A stretch of DNA of 64,000 nt from Squalus acanthias (lineage: Eukaryota). Shown here one piece after another: positions 49,701 to 61,209 of the stretch. The notes beneath the pieces are model-generated. The model saw nothing but the letters and a program-made list of their open reading frames with translations. It did not search any database and had not been told where the DNA came from. Location: the NCBI GenBank assembly GCA_030390025.1, contig CM059432.1, forward strand, positions 60,204,001-60,268,000, given 5' to 3'. Position numbers and translations under genes: made by a program. Every line of letters starts with the position of its first letter. Position 1 is the first letter of the stretch.

Positions 49701-50887
49701 ATTCCCATTGGGAATCCCATTACTGCTACTCAGAAGATCTTACTTTGGGTGGGGGAAAAGAAATTCCCTGTGGTTTCATAAGCCCTCAGCGGGGCTGTCA
49801 GAGGTAAGGCCAGCTCTGTCCAGGGTAAAGGAAAGGAAGTGCTCCAAAAGCTCTCTTTTATTTCCAATAATTACTTTTAAAGCTTCTGCAGGCTACAAGG
49901 TATAAACTAAAGTACTACAGTATTGGCTGATATTTGCAACAGGTACACCCTTTTTTATTTTGTCATGAACTTATCTTGGTGTATTGGGAGCATACATCAT
50001 GGGTTTTGGATACTCCTACGCAGTTTCTCCTTATTTTAAAATATTATAATGAGTTTCCAGCAACATCGGCGTATACATTGCCTAAAGGTTCCAGACCGGA
50101 TCAGAAACGGCAGTATAGCCATTACGGGATGGAAACCGAGCATAAAGGGATCCATCCCAATTTGTAGGGCTCAGTGAGTCAAATAATATTACAGCACTAA
50201 AGAATCACGATCAATGGAGAGCATATTCGAGGCCACAGTGTTGAACTCACCAGCTAAAGCAATTGTAGAATTATTGAAAGTCTTAAAAGGCTAACAGAAA
50301 GGAATATGGGTTTACAGGCTACTCCTGGTAATTCAAGGTTGTTTTTTCTGAAAAAATATTCAATTTATCCCCCAAAAATTGATTAAGCAATTTAGTGCTT
50401 AAAGGGGGAGAAATTCACTACCTTAGCGCCTCCCGTTAGTGCCTCCGGGGGGCGCTAACGGGTTGCTACCGGCTTTGCGACCGAGCGCGACAATAGTACC
50501 GACACCCGCAAAATTGACGGGGAGGTTTGCGCCGGCGGTAACCACTAGCGCCACAATCTCCTGCGCTCGGAGATCGTGACGTCATCCGCTCCGGTAGCGC
50601 CCCGGCTGAGAAATTCACTCTCACCCCCTGCCTGAGCGCCTGCCGTTAGCAATGACAGGTAAAGGAGGCGGTATGCAGTCGGATAAGCGCTGGAGAAGCT
50701 CTATATAAAGGCGTCAACATCCGTTTTTTTTTTAGTCGGCAAAGAATGCTGCCTTGTCAGTTTGACATAGGCACACAGGCGTTTTGAGCGATTTCAGCGT
50801 TTTTCACTTGAAGGAGTCTTCTGTCTCAGCAAAATTATTCAGTTTCAGTTCGGTGAGATTTTAAAGTGCAACATTTCCATACTTTAA

Positions 50888-52050
50888 TGGGAGCTGTACT
50901 GGTACTGGACCTCGCACTCCGGCGTCAACGTCGGAGGCAGTGGAGGCAGAGAGAAAGATTGCCAAATGTGGCCAGAGGAAGGAAGACCAAGAGGGCTCTT
51001 AGCAGGAGGCCTTACCCTCCCAGGGTATTCTGGCAGCATTTCTCCTACATCAATTTCAGTGAGGAACAATGTCTTAGAAGGCTCCGCTTCACCAAGGATG
51101 TGGTCACAGAGCTCTGCCACCTCCTGCAGCCAGACCTCGAGCCTCACATCAGGAGCACCACGGCTCTCTCAGTGCCAGTCAAGGTCACCGTCGCCCTCAA
51201 TTTCTACACCAGTGGATCCTTCCAGTGTGCAACAGGAGACATATCTAATATATCGCAGTTCACCATCCATTGCTGCATCCGCGAGGTCACAGATGCCCTG
51301 TACTGAAGGAGAAGGGACTACATTTCCTTCCCCATGACCAGAGAGAAGCAACGCAAGTGTGCATGTGGCTTTGCCAAGATAGCGGGCTTCCCCATGGTGC
51401 AGGGCACCATTGACTGCACCCACATCGCTTTGCGGGCACCACATAACAATCCTGAGGTATTCCGAAACCGCAAAGGCTACCACTCACTTCATGTGCAGTT
51501 GGTGTGCGACCACACACAGCGAATCCTCACTGTCAATGCCCGCTATCATGGCAGCAGCCACGATGCCTTCATCCTGCACCAACTCTGTTCCAGCCACCAC
51601 ATGAAGCTTGCGGCTGGCTGCTGGGAGACAAGGGCTATCCGCTCTCCACCTGGTTCATGACTTCCCTCCGCAACCCCAACACTCGTGCCCAGCACTCATA
51701 CAATGAGAGCCATTCTGCCACCAGGAACATCATTGAGCAGACAATCGGAGTGCTCAAGCAACGGTTCCGCTGCCTTGACCGCTCGGGAGGAGCCCTCCTG
51801 TACTCGGCTGAGTGGGTGTCCCTTTTCGTCGTCGTCTGCTGCATGCTGCACAACTTGGCCATCATGAGGGCGCAGCCATTGCCACCAGGCACCACCTCAG
51901 AAGGAGGAAGAGGGAGACGAGGAGGATGAGGACGAGGAGGAGGAGGAGGATGAAAAGGAGCTCGAACAACAGCAACGGAGGAACTAGCCACTCCATCGGC
52001 CTTGTGTAAGGGCGGTCCGTGACCGCCTCATCAGACTTCAGTTCCAATGA
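50888..52050 (+). pseudogene. Harbinger DDE transposase
   Basis: [38 protein letters not shown]; all three acidic residues present, but stop at 51304-51306 and frameshifts at about 51580 and 51900. Confidence 0.92.
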
Positions 52051-52215
52051 TTTCGAGGACACTTCTCGGTTGCTCAGCCCATCCCCACCAATCCATCAAT
52101 TTCTCATTCCATGCCACACCCCAAAGCTGAAATGAGACACATCACCATTTCTGCAACATTGCAATAATAAATTTATCCAAAATCAGTAACCCCATATATA
52201 CAACAACAAAATGAA

Positions 52216-54055
52216 CTAATCACCCTTGTGCAAACCCTTACTTGCCCTCTTTACAGAGCCTTTTCGTAATCTGCAGCTCCTACGTAGTGTCCCCCCAATG
52301 GCTGCAGCAGGGATTGTGGAAGGCTGCTGAGTGTCGGTGCCAGAGACTACAGGCCCTCGACCAGCTCTGGGCCTGGAAGGCCTGGCTGTAGACTGCGACA
52401 CCTCAGGATGGGCGATGGCAGTCTGGGCTGGCTGGATGACAGGCAGCGACAACTGCAATGGCGGAGTGGCAGTGGTGGGATCAGGAATGCTGTCATCCTG
52501 AGAGAGGACAGCACATTCCTGCTTCACTGACTCACTGCCACTCCCCCGGGCCAGCACCTCAGCATCCCTACCAATCTGCTGGAGCACAGATTGCTGGCCT
52601 GCTGTGACACCGTGAGATCCCCAGTGGACTGTGGTGGACCCAGCCATGATGGCAGCAGTCAGAGCTTGCGTCGCATCAAGCTGAGACATCATGAGAGCAG
52701 TCTGAGATTCGATGCAACCAACCATTGTCTGCATTACAGCACTAAGACGTTGCGTCGCTTCCTCCTGTGCTGCAATGGAAGCTGCCACATCGCCCATGAC
52801 AAGTGTCATGAGGTCTGGATCCGCATGATCTCTCTGGGAGTCCACCATCCTCTGCAGAGTGGAAATGATGAGCTCCATGGCATGCGCAGAGCCTTGTGCA
52901 ATATTGGAGGGGTACTCCTCCACGCTACTTACCATTGCCGAGAGGCTCTCGGGCACCCTTGCCATTGCACCTATCATCTCGAAGTGCATGGCCATCACCC
53001 TTCTTGTGAACGCCTCCCCATCGAGGTCCTCATCTGAGTCCTGTGCAGCAGAACTCGCCCTCCGGGGAGCTGGCTCCCGAGCTACCCTTTCCCCCTGGCC
53101 TTGCTGCAGCCCGCTCGTCCCCGGTGCATCACCCAGTGCAGACCCCTCTACTAAACTTGCCTTTAAATATCGCATAGTGCCAGCGTCTGAGGTAGTGCCT
53201 GCGGGTGAGAGATGCAGTGATGCGGGTCTTTGCTCCTCTCCCTCTTCTCCTTCCTCACTCTCAGTGGGAGGCTCAGGGACAGGCTGGTCATCTGGTTGCT
53301 GATTCTCTGAAAGCACAAAGGCACAAGACTCGCGTTAAGGTGAGGGCAGTGGGGTAGGAGGGGAGCAAGGAATGCAGACAGTATAATGAGCTGAAAAGTG
53401 GGAAAGGCTTGTGGTGTGAGGGGGAAGTGGAATGAGAGAAGGAGAGGGGATGAACATACTGTTGTTGCCCCCCAAGGGGGTCGGCGTTGCCAACGACCAC
53501 GACGCCCACCACCTGATGCCCAATGAGTCACAGCACTCGCTCCTCCAGGTCTGAAAGCTGCTGGAGCTGCGCATCACCATCTTGGCCTGCAAGAGAAATG
53601 AATGTGTGTGAGTCAGAGTCCAGCTATGTGTTTGGGAGATATGCCTGCCGTAGTTGAATAGCTGTGATTGTAGGCAAGGCATGAGATGTGGATGTGAGTT
53701 TGAGTAGGTGCAGATGCTTGGTGGGTGAGTGGTGGGGGTGTGGTGGTTTGTGCAGTGTGTACAGACTGAGGTTCAGCTGCTGGTAAGCAGGACCTGTTGA
53801 AGCATGTACTCACCTTGACCACCCGAGTGAGGTCGTTGAATTTCTTCCAGCACTGTGTCAGGCTGTGTATGGCCACATTACTGGCCGAGAGCTCCTGGGC
53901 CACTTTCCTCCACATTGCCCTGAAGACCTGGGGCAATGGCCTCCTTCCAGTGTCCGGGAACAGCACTGCCCTCCTTCGCTCCACTCCCGCGACCAATGCC
54001 TCAATGCCTCATCCGTGAAACGACGAGCTCTCTCCCTGGGAGTGGGATCAGCCAT
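52216..54055 (-). pseudogene. Three-exon Myb/SANT partner gene (exons about 54055-53814, 53586-53460, 53306-52216)
   Basis: RARRFTDEAL..WRKVAQEL..QCWKKFNDLTRVVK|GTGAGT; canonical splice sites; exon 3 open for about 360 aa; exon 1 frameshifted and exon 2 degraded. Confidence 0.85.
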
Positions 54056-54499
54056 CACGATCAGGGGATTGAGTTCCTTGCAGGTCACTTTCACAGCCAG
54101 CAATGCTGATAATTAGGATCTGCACAATGACGTACCCTCCCCTTTTAGAGCTGGAAGGAGCCAGTGTGAAGGATCATTCCCGATTGCATTGTACCTGAAA
54201 TTCATTATCGATCTGCTGGTAGCACCCCTATAGCGCCCTACTGAGGTCATTAGCGCTTGATTTAGTGCTCCAGGTCTTTCCTGGTGCGCTAACAGCCAAT
54301 TTAGGAGACGCTCAGCATCCTTAGCGCCTAGCGCTACTTTTTCATCATTTCAAAAATTAGCATCCCAAATGGGGCGATACCGAATTTCTCCCCCATAATG
54401 TCTAATTAACAGATAATTCAAATTTAGCAACTTTGAATTAATTTAATTTCACACCATTGGCCACAGTGTCTCTCTCAAAAACAGGGAGGCAGGGCTGCT

Positions 54500-55660
54500 G
54501 TTTGAGGTACTTCGTACCCTGATATAATGTAGAAATAATAGGGCAGTAGCAATGAGATACTTCAACTATCCAGAGGTAGATTTGTGGAAGATATCTCCGA
54601 GGGTCTGAGTCAATAAATAATGTTATAGAATGAAAGATACAATAATGGGCGTGGCTCTAGGTAAAGCATTAGAGCAGATCAGCAACATGAAGGTAGCAGA
54701 AAAAATAGGAATAAGCAAGTACAACATAATTAGCTAAAATGAAGGATGAAAAAAATCAGTAAAAAACAAACTTGATTTGATTGGTGATGTGCAAGCTACA
54801 ATGGGATCAAAGATTTAGCCTGGATAAATGGGGCAGGGGTGGGGTGGTGCGGTGGGTGTATCTGGTAAAACAATGAAGCACAGTGGCAAATATTTAAGTT
54901 CTGATCATGGTACAACACATTCTAGCAATATTCCCATAAGGAATAAAAGGGCTGCATTTAAGGTCATGGTTCCTTGGATGAACAGTGAGATTAGCCTGAA
55001 AATAAAAGCTAAAAGAGCATATGACAAAGCTAAAACTAATGGCACAAAACAGTCTCGAGAGAAATACCAGACTCTATAAATAGAATTTAGGAAAAAGGAG
55101 TATGATAAAGAACTTGTAGCCACCATAAAGGGAAATAACAAAGATTTTTATAAATACATTAGGAAAATGAGAGTCATTAAGGAGGGGGTGGGGGCGCACT
55201 TGAAATGAGCATGTTTAGATTATTATTGCAGTAAAAGAAATGGCAGATATGCTTGATGAATATTTTCCTTCAGTATTTACAGAGGAGAGTGCAGGAAGCC
55301 TTCAAAAGCTATGGATGAGGAAGTAGGTATATGCATTAATAGGGAAACAGTTCTTAAGGAGCAGAGGGCACTGAAAACTGATAAATATCCAGGACTGGAT
55401 GGAATGCTGAGGGATGTTACGGCGGAAGTAACAGTGGGACTAATCATGATTTTTCAAAATTCATTACAAATAAGCACTGGGAATTTCCTCGCTAGTTCTC
55501 TTGATCACTTGCCATAACTTTGGTGGAAGATCGGCGGAAAACCCTTTATGCGTGTATCCAGCGTTTCTGCAGAAGTTACAGCAGCTGATCGAGAGAAATT
55601 CTTAGCAAGGATTTAAAGGAGTACAGCGTGGCAAATGTTACACCTCTGTCCAAAAATGGG
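54500..55660 (+). mobile_element. Highly degraded CR1 ORF2 remnant with a small MITE at 55478-55610
   Basis: PWMNSEI..IKAKRAY, FYKYI, LKTDKYPGLDG..IFQNSL, ANVTPL. Confidence 0.7.
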
Positions 55661-56633
55661 GATTATTCCATTACCAGGAAGTGCCGCTGATTCCTCTACT
55701 CCGACCAATCTGAAGGCTGCATTTGGATGAGTTGTCTTTCACTAATGATACGGTTAACACAAGGGGAGGATAGAGAGCATCGCCACAAGTGCATTCTTAC
55801 AGGCTCAGCTTGGAAAAACCAGGTAAAGTGGGCACGTTTAGAATGCATTTAAGAAGTCCACAAGAGTCCTGAAGTCATGGAGTCACCCTCGCATGGAATG
55901 CAGATTGGAGAACTGGACGTAAAGGTCAGCAAGCCAAATTAGCGGTTCTCCTAATTATCCAGCCATTGATTTTAATGGCTGGAAAGTTTGTGAACTTGTG
56001 AATTGGATCAGCTGACCGCCATACTAATTCTCTATACTCCGGGTGAGATCAGTTGAGCTGGCCTCCGCACCCAATTCTCTGGTCTGCGCTCCTTGTAAAT
56101 GGGTAGCGGAGTCTTGCAATTTTAGGTCTTAGGTGGTTTTAAATCATTACCTTTGCCTTTGTCCCTCTTTAAAATAGTCTTGTCATAGCAATAGGACAAA
56201 AGCAACATTGCTGGGATAACATTTATTGTACGATGACAGATAATTTATTGTATTGGTCTTTACATGACCTTATGTCAGTCTGAATAATGCAAGAAGTTTC
56301 TCACTTTAGCAGTGAAGGTGGTATTGATCAGATTGTTCCTAAATACTATGGGTAAGCAACTGGAGTTCCTTATCATCACCACAGGTGCATTTGTATTGAT
56401 TCTGAAGTAGATATTGAGGTTATATAGCATCCAGTAGACTAAAATCATTCTGCACCTGAATGTTTATTTGATGGAGGTACAAGTTATTTTGTATGCTTGG
56501 TTATGATGAAGATCTGTTGTTGTCTGTGGGTTAATCACTGCAGTCATGAGCTATAGTTTCAGGCAATAACCCAAATCATCTAACAATGAGCCTTATAAAC
56601 TGTCATTGTTTTCAAATGCCACCTCCAAAGGTG

Positions 56634-56900
56634 ACATAGAAACATAGAAACATAGAAGATAGGAGCAGGAGTAGGCCATTCGGCCCCTCGAGCCTGCTCC
56701 GCCATTTAATGAGATCATGGCTGATCATCCAAATTCAGTACCCTGTCCCTGCTTTCTCCCCATATCCCTTGATCCCTTTAGCCTTAAGAAATATATCTAA
56801 CTCCTTCTTGAATATATTTAATGAATTGGCCTCAACTGCCTTCTGTGGTAGAGAATTCCACAGGTTCACCACTCTCTGGGTGAAGAAATTCCTCCTCATG
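56634..56900 (-). mobile_element. CR1 3' fragment
   Basis: (CATAGAAA)n tail and GGAGCAGGAGTAGGCCATTCGGCCC 3' UTR. Confidence 0.85.
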
Positions 56901-57464
56901 ACTGGCTGAGGATGAAGAGGTGATGTAGTAATCGTTGAAACTGTACACTAACACATAGATGTCTTCTGCGTGCATTGCAGACTCCTTGCATGCTGATGCC
57001 TTTTTATTGACGCATGCGCCACAGGATTGACTGTTTTGCCCTAAATTGTCGGTGCTTCAATCTCCATATGTGTGTAGTTCATGATACCTGAGATAGTGGG
57101 AAGGGCAGCAATGGAGTAAAATAGTTACAGTCTATTTAACTGTTACTCCGCATCTCTGTGGAAATAGATTTAACTGCTACTCTTTCTGAACAATGCAGTA
57201 GTCACATCTGGAATATAGCTGGACAAGATTTTCTGGCTTATACCGGAAATAACTTCCAATAGGTTTAACTTACTCTTGGTGTGTATTAAACAAGAGTTGC
57301 TTTATTTCTCCCTTTTTCAAAGTGTACACACAATAATGGACAAGTTTATCCAGTGCATATTTTTGGAGATTGGCTTTTTTACAACTAATGCACAACTGAA
57401 CAGCAAATCAGGACACTCCTTTAATAAAGTGCTGAATCAGTTGTGAATCATCATACTGAATGAA

Positions 57465-57921
57465 CAAACATATATTTATATAGCACCCTCCATTGTCCCA
57501 GGACGTCCCAAAGCACTTCACAGCCAATGAAGATCGTTTGAAGTGTAGTCACTGTTGTTATGTAGGGAAATGCAGTAGCCAATTTGCATACAGCATGGTC
57601 CCACAAGCAGCAATGAGATAAATAATCGGATAATTAGTTTTTAGGGGTGCTGATTGAGAAATAAATGCTAGGACACTGGGAGAACACCCCTGCCCTTATT
57701 TAATAGTGTCATGAGATCTTTTATGGCGATGTGTGAGAGCAGACAGGGATTTAGTTTAACATGTCATCCAAAAGACGGCAGCTCTGACAGTGCATCACTC
57801 CCTGAGTACTGCAGTGAAGTGTCAGCCTGGATTATGTGTCTGGGATGGAATGTTTCTGGAATGGGGCTTGACCTCATGACCTTCTGACGAAGAGGCAAGA
57901 GTGCTACCACTGAGCCAAGGC
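57465..57921 (-). mobile_element. DeuSINE-like SINE
   Basis: Full-length homolog of 58590-59030. Confidence 0.82.
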
Positions 57922-58589
57922 ATTTACCAGCATGACTTTTGCCATGTGATGAAAGAGGACATCTATTACTTTTATGCAGCAGTGAACTGGAAACTGGCCA
58001 ATCCTAGTGACATCTTCTGTTGATACTTAGAAGGATCCCGTGGAGTTTAATGCAGTGTACCCCTCAACTACATCGCAATAAAGTTGAAAATACCATTCAA
58101 ATGTTATATTTGACTTCAGGTCTGGTTCCACCAGTGAAAATTTTTGTATTGTTGCAATGGTTGGTTCAGCAGAGAGCGCAAAGTGGATTTTTCCTCAAAA
58201 CTGGTTGAAGGCATACTTTTGTAAAAAAAAATCCCTTCCTTTCACAACCTGGATGATAACCCCTTAATGACTACTATGTTGTAAAACTATTTAACAGCTT
58301 GTGGATAGAAGAATTTACAAACCAAGCTAATAGCCTCCAACTTAATGAACAGATTGGGAAATAGCCAATTTAAAGAAATACTAGTAGATCTCCTATGATG
58401 CTGTTGATAGGTAATCCAGGAAATAGAGTGCAGTTTCTGATGCATACCACGGTCCTGCTGCAATCCAAATGCAACAGCACAGCAAATGTACTGAAATAAT
58501 ATATTACAGGACTGGCTTGAGGTAAAAAATATATTACCCATTGCGCTGTCAGAACTAAAGCAAAACAAAACTTTCTCTGCATTAAATAA

Positions 58590-59030
58590 AAGAAAGAAGT
58601 GCATTTATATAGCCCTTTCATGACCTTAGGACGTCCCAAAGCGCTTTACAGCTAATTAAGTACTTTTGAAGCGTAGTCACTGTTGTAGGAAACATGGCAG
58701 CCAATTTGCGCACAGTAAGGTCAGACAAATAGCAATGTGATAATGACTAGATAATGTGTTGTAACAATGTTGGTTTAGGGTTAAATATTGGCCAAAACAC
58801 TGTTCTTCTTTGAAATAGTACCATGGGATCTTTTACATCCATCTCAGAGGACAGACAGGGTCTCGGTTTAACGTCTCATCCAAAAGATGGCACCTCTGAC
58901 AGTGTAGCACACCATCCATACTGCACTGAAGTGTCAGCCTAGATTTTGTACTCAAGTCCCTGGAGTGGCACTTGAACCCACAACCTTCTGACTCAGAGGC
59001 CAGAGTGCTACTACTGAGCAACGGCTGACA
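58590..59030 (-). mobile_element. DeuSINE-like SINE
   Basis: tRNA head (GCTCAGTAGTAGCACTC..GGGTTCAAGTGCC on -) and shared body. Confidence 0.85.
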
Positions 59031-59218
59031 GTCAGCTAATTTAAAGGCTTCAGGGATACTGGGGGGAGGGGGGCTGGAAGAAAACGACAGTGCAGGTGGC
59101 CTAAAATGGATCATGAAGGGAGGCCTGGAAAATACCAGTAATGGAAATTAGGAAATTTGAGTGGAATGGGTGAAAAAAAAGATGGGGAATGGAGGGAGCC
59201 AAAACTGGATGTTCTGTT

Positions 59219-61209
59219 AAAACATAAGAACATAAGAAATAGGAGCAGGAGTAGGCCATTTGGCCCTTCGAGCCTGCTCCGCCATTCAATAAGATCATGG
59301 CTGATCTTCTACCTCATCTCCACTTTCCTGCACTATCCCCATATCCCTTGATTCCCTTAATATTCAAAAATCTATCGATCTCTGTCTTGAATATACTCAA
59401 CGACTGAGCCTCCACAGCCCTCTGGGGTAGAGAATTCCAAAGATTCACCACCCTCTGAGTGAAGAAATTTCTCCTCATCTCAGTCCTAAATGGCCGACCC
59501 CTTATTCTGAGACTGTGACCCCTGGTTCTAGACTCCCCAGCCAGGGGAAACATCCTTCCTGCATCTACCCTGTCAAGCCCTGTAAGAATTTTGTATGTTT
59601 CAATGAGATCACCTCTCATTCTTCTAAACTCCAGAGAATATAGGCCTAGTCTACTCAATCTCTCCTCACAGGACAATCCCCCCATCCCAGGATTCAGTCT
59701 GGTGAACCTTCGTTGCACTCCCACTATGGCAAGTATATCCTTCTTTAGGAAAGGAGACCAGAACTGTATACAATAATCCAGGTGTGGTCTCACCAGTGCC
59801 CTATACAATTGCAGTAAGAAGTCTTTACTTTTATACTCAAATTCTCTTGTAATGAAGGGCAACATACCACTTGTTTTCCTAATTGCTTGCTGTACCTGCA
59901 TGTTAACTTTCAGTGATTCGTGTACAAGGACATCCAGGTCCCTCTGAACACCAACATTTCCCAATCTCTCACCATTTAAAAAATACTCTGCTTTTCTATT
60001 TTTCCTACCAAAGTGGATAACTTTACATTTCTCCACATTATATTCCATTCTTGCCCACTTGCTTAGCCTGTCTATATCCCCTTGAAGCCTCCTTGCATCC
60101 TCCTCACAACTTACATTCCCACCCAGCTTTGTATCATCAGCAAACTTGGATATATTACATTTGGTCCCCTCATCCAAATCATTGATGTAGATTGTGAATA
60201 GCTGAGGCCCAAGCACTGATCCTTGTGGTACCCCGCTAGTTACAGCCTGCCAACCTGAAAATGACCCGTTTATTCCTACTCTCTGTTTTCTGTCCGTTAA
60301 CCAATCCACAATCTATGCTAGTATATTACCCCAATCCTATGAGCCCTAATTTTGTTTAATAACCTCTTGTATGGCACCTTATCGAATGCCTTCTGAAAAT
60401 CCAAATACACCACATCCACTGGTTCCCCCTTATCTATTCTACTAGTTACAATCTCAAAAACCTCTAACAGATTTGTCAAACATGATTTCCCTTTCATAAA
60501 TCCGTGTTGACCCTGCCCAATCCTATTATTATTTTCTAAGTGCCCTGTTACCACGTCCTTAATAATAGATTCTAGCATTTTCTCTACTACTGATGTCAGG
60601 CTAACTGGTCTGTAGTTCCCTGTTTTCTCTCTCCCTCCTTTCTTAAATAGTGGGGTTACATTTGCTACCTTCCAATCTGCGGGAACCATTCCAGAATCTA
60701 TGGAATTTTGGAAAATGACAACCAATGCATCCACTATCTCTATAGCCACCTCTTTCAAAACCCTAAGATGTAGGCCATCAGGTCCAGGGGATTTATCGGC
60801 TTTCATAGAAACACAGAAAAATAGGAGCAAGAGGAGGCCATTCGGCCCTTCGAGCCTGCTCCGCCATTCAATATGATCATGGCTGATCCTCTAACTCAAT
60901 ACCATATTCCCGCTCTCTCCCCATACCCCTTGACGCCTTTTGCGTCTAGAAATCTATCTCCTTCTTAAATATATTCAGTGACTTGGCCTCCACAGCCTTC
61001 TGTAGTAGAGAATTCCACAGGTTCACCACCCTCTGAGTGAAGAAATTTCTCCTCATCTCAGTCCTAAATGTCCTACCCCGTATCCTGAGACTGTACTATT
61101 TTTTTTTACTAATACTAATTTCTTTCAGTTCCTCATTCTCACTGGCGCCTTGGTTCTCCACTATTTCCGGGAAGTTTTTTGCATCTTCTTCCGTGAAGAC
61201 AGACACCAC
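59219..61209 (-). mobile_element. CR1 LINE, interrupted by a CR1 3' fragment (60804-61094) and by the Harbinger at 61210
   Basis: RT ORFs 59314-60309 and 60318-60830; 61095-61206 resumes homology with 34200-34315. Confidence 0.9.

Larger units (their letters stand above)
50404..54394. mobile_element. Full-length two-gene PIF/Harbinger transposon (family B, 3991 bp), disabled
   Basis: Perfect 13-bp TIRs GGGGGAGAAATTC / GAATTTCTCCCCC; TSD AAA/ATA; convergent transposase (+) and Myb/SANT gene (-); subterminal TAGCGCC arrays. Confidence 0.95.

Noticed and set aside
50404..50720. Host CpG-island promoter (also 16480-16790, 10540-10760)
   Set aside because: CpG richness coincides with Harbinger subterminal motif arrays.
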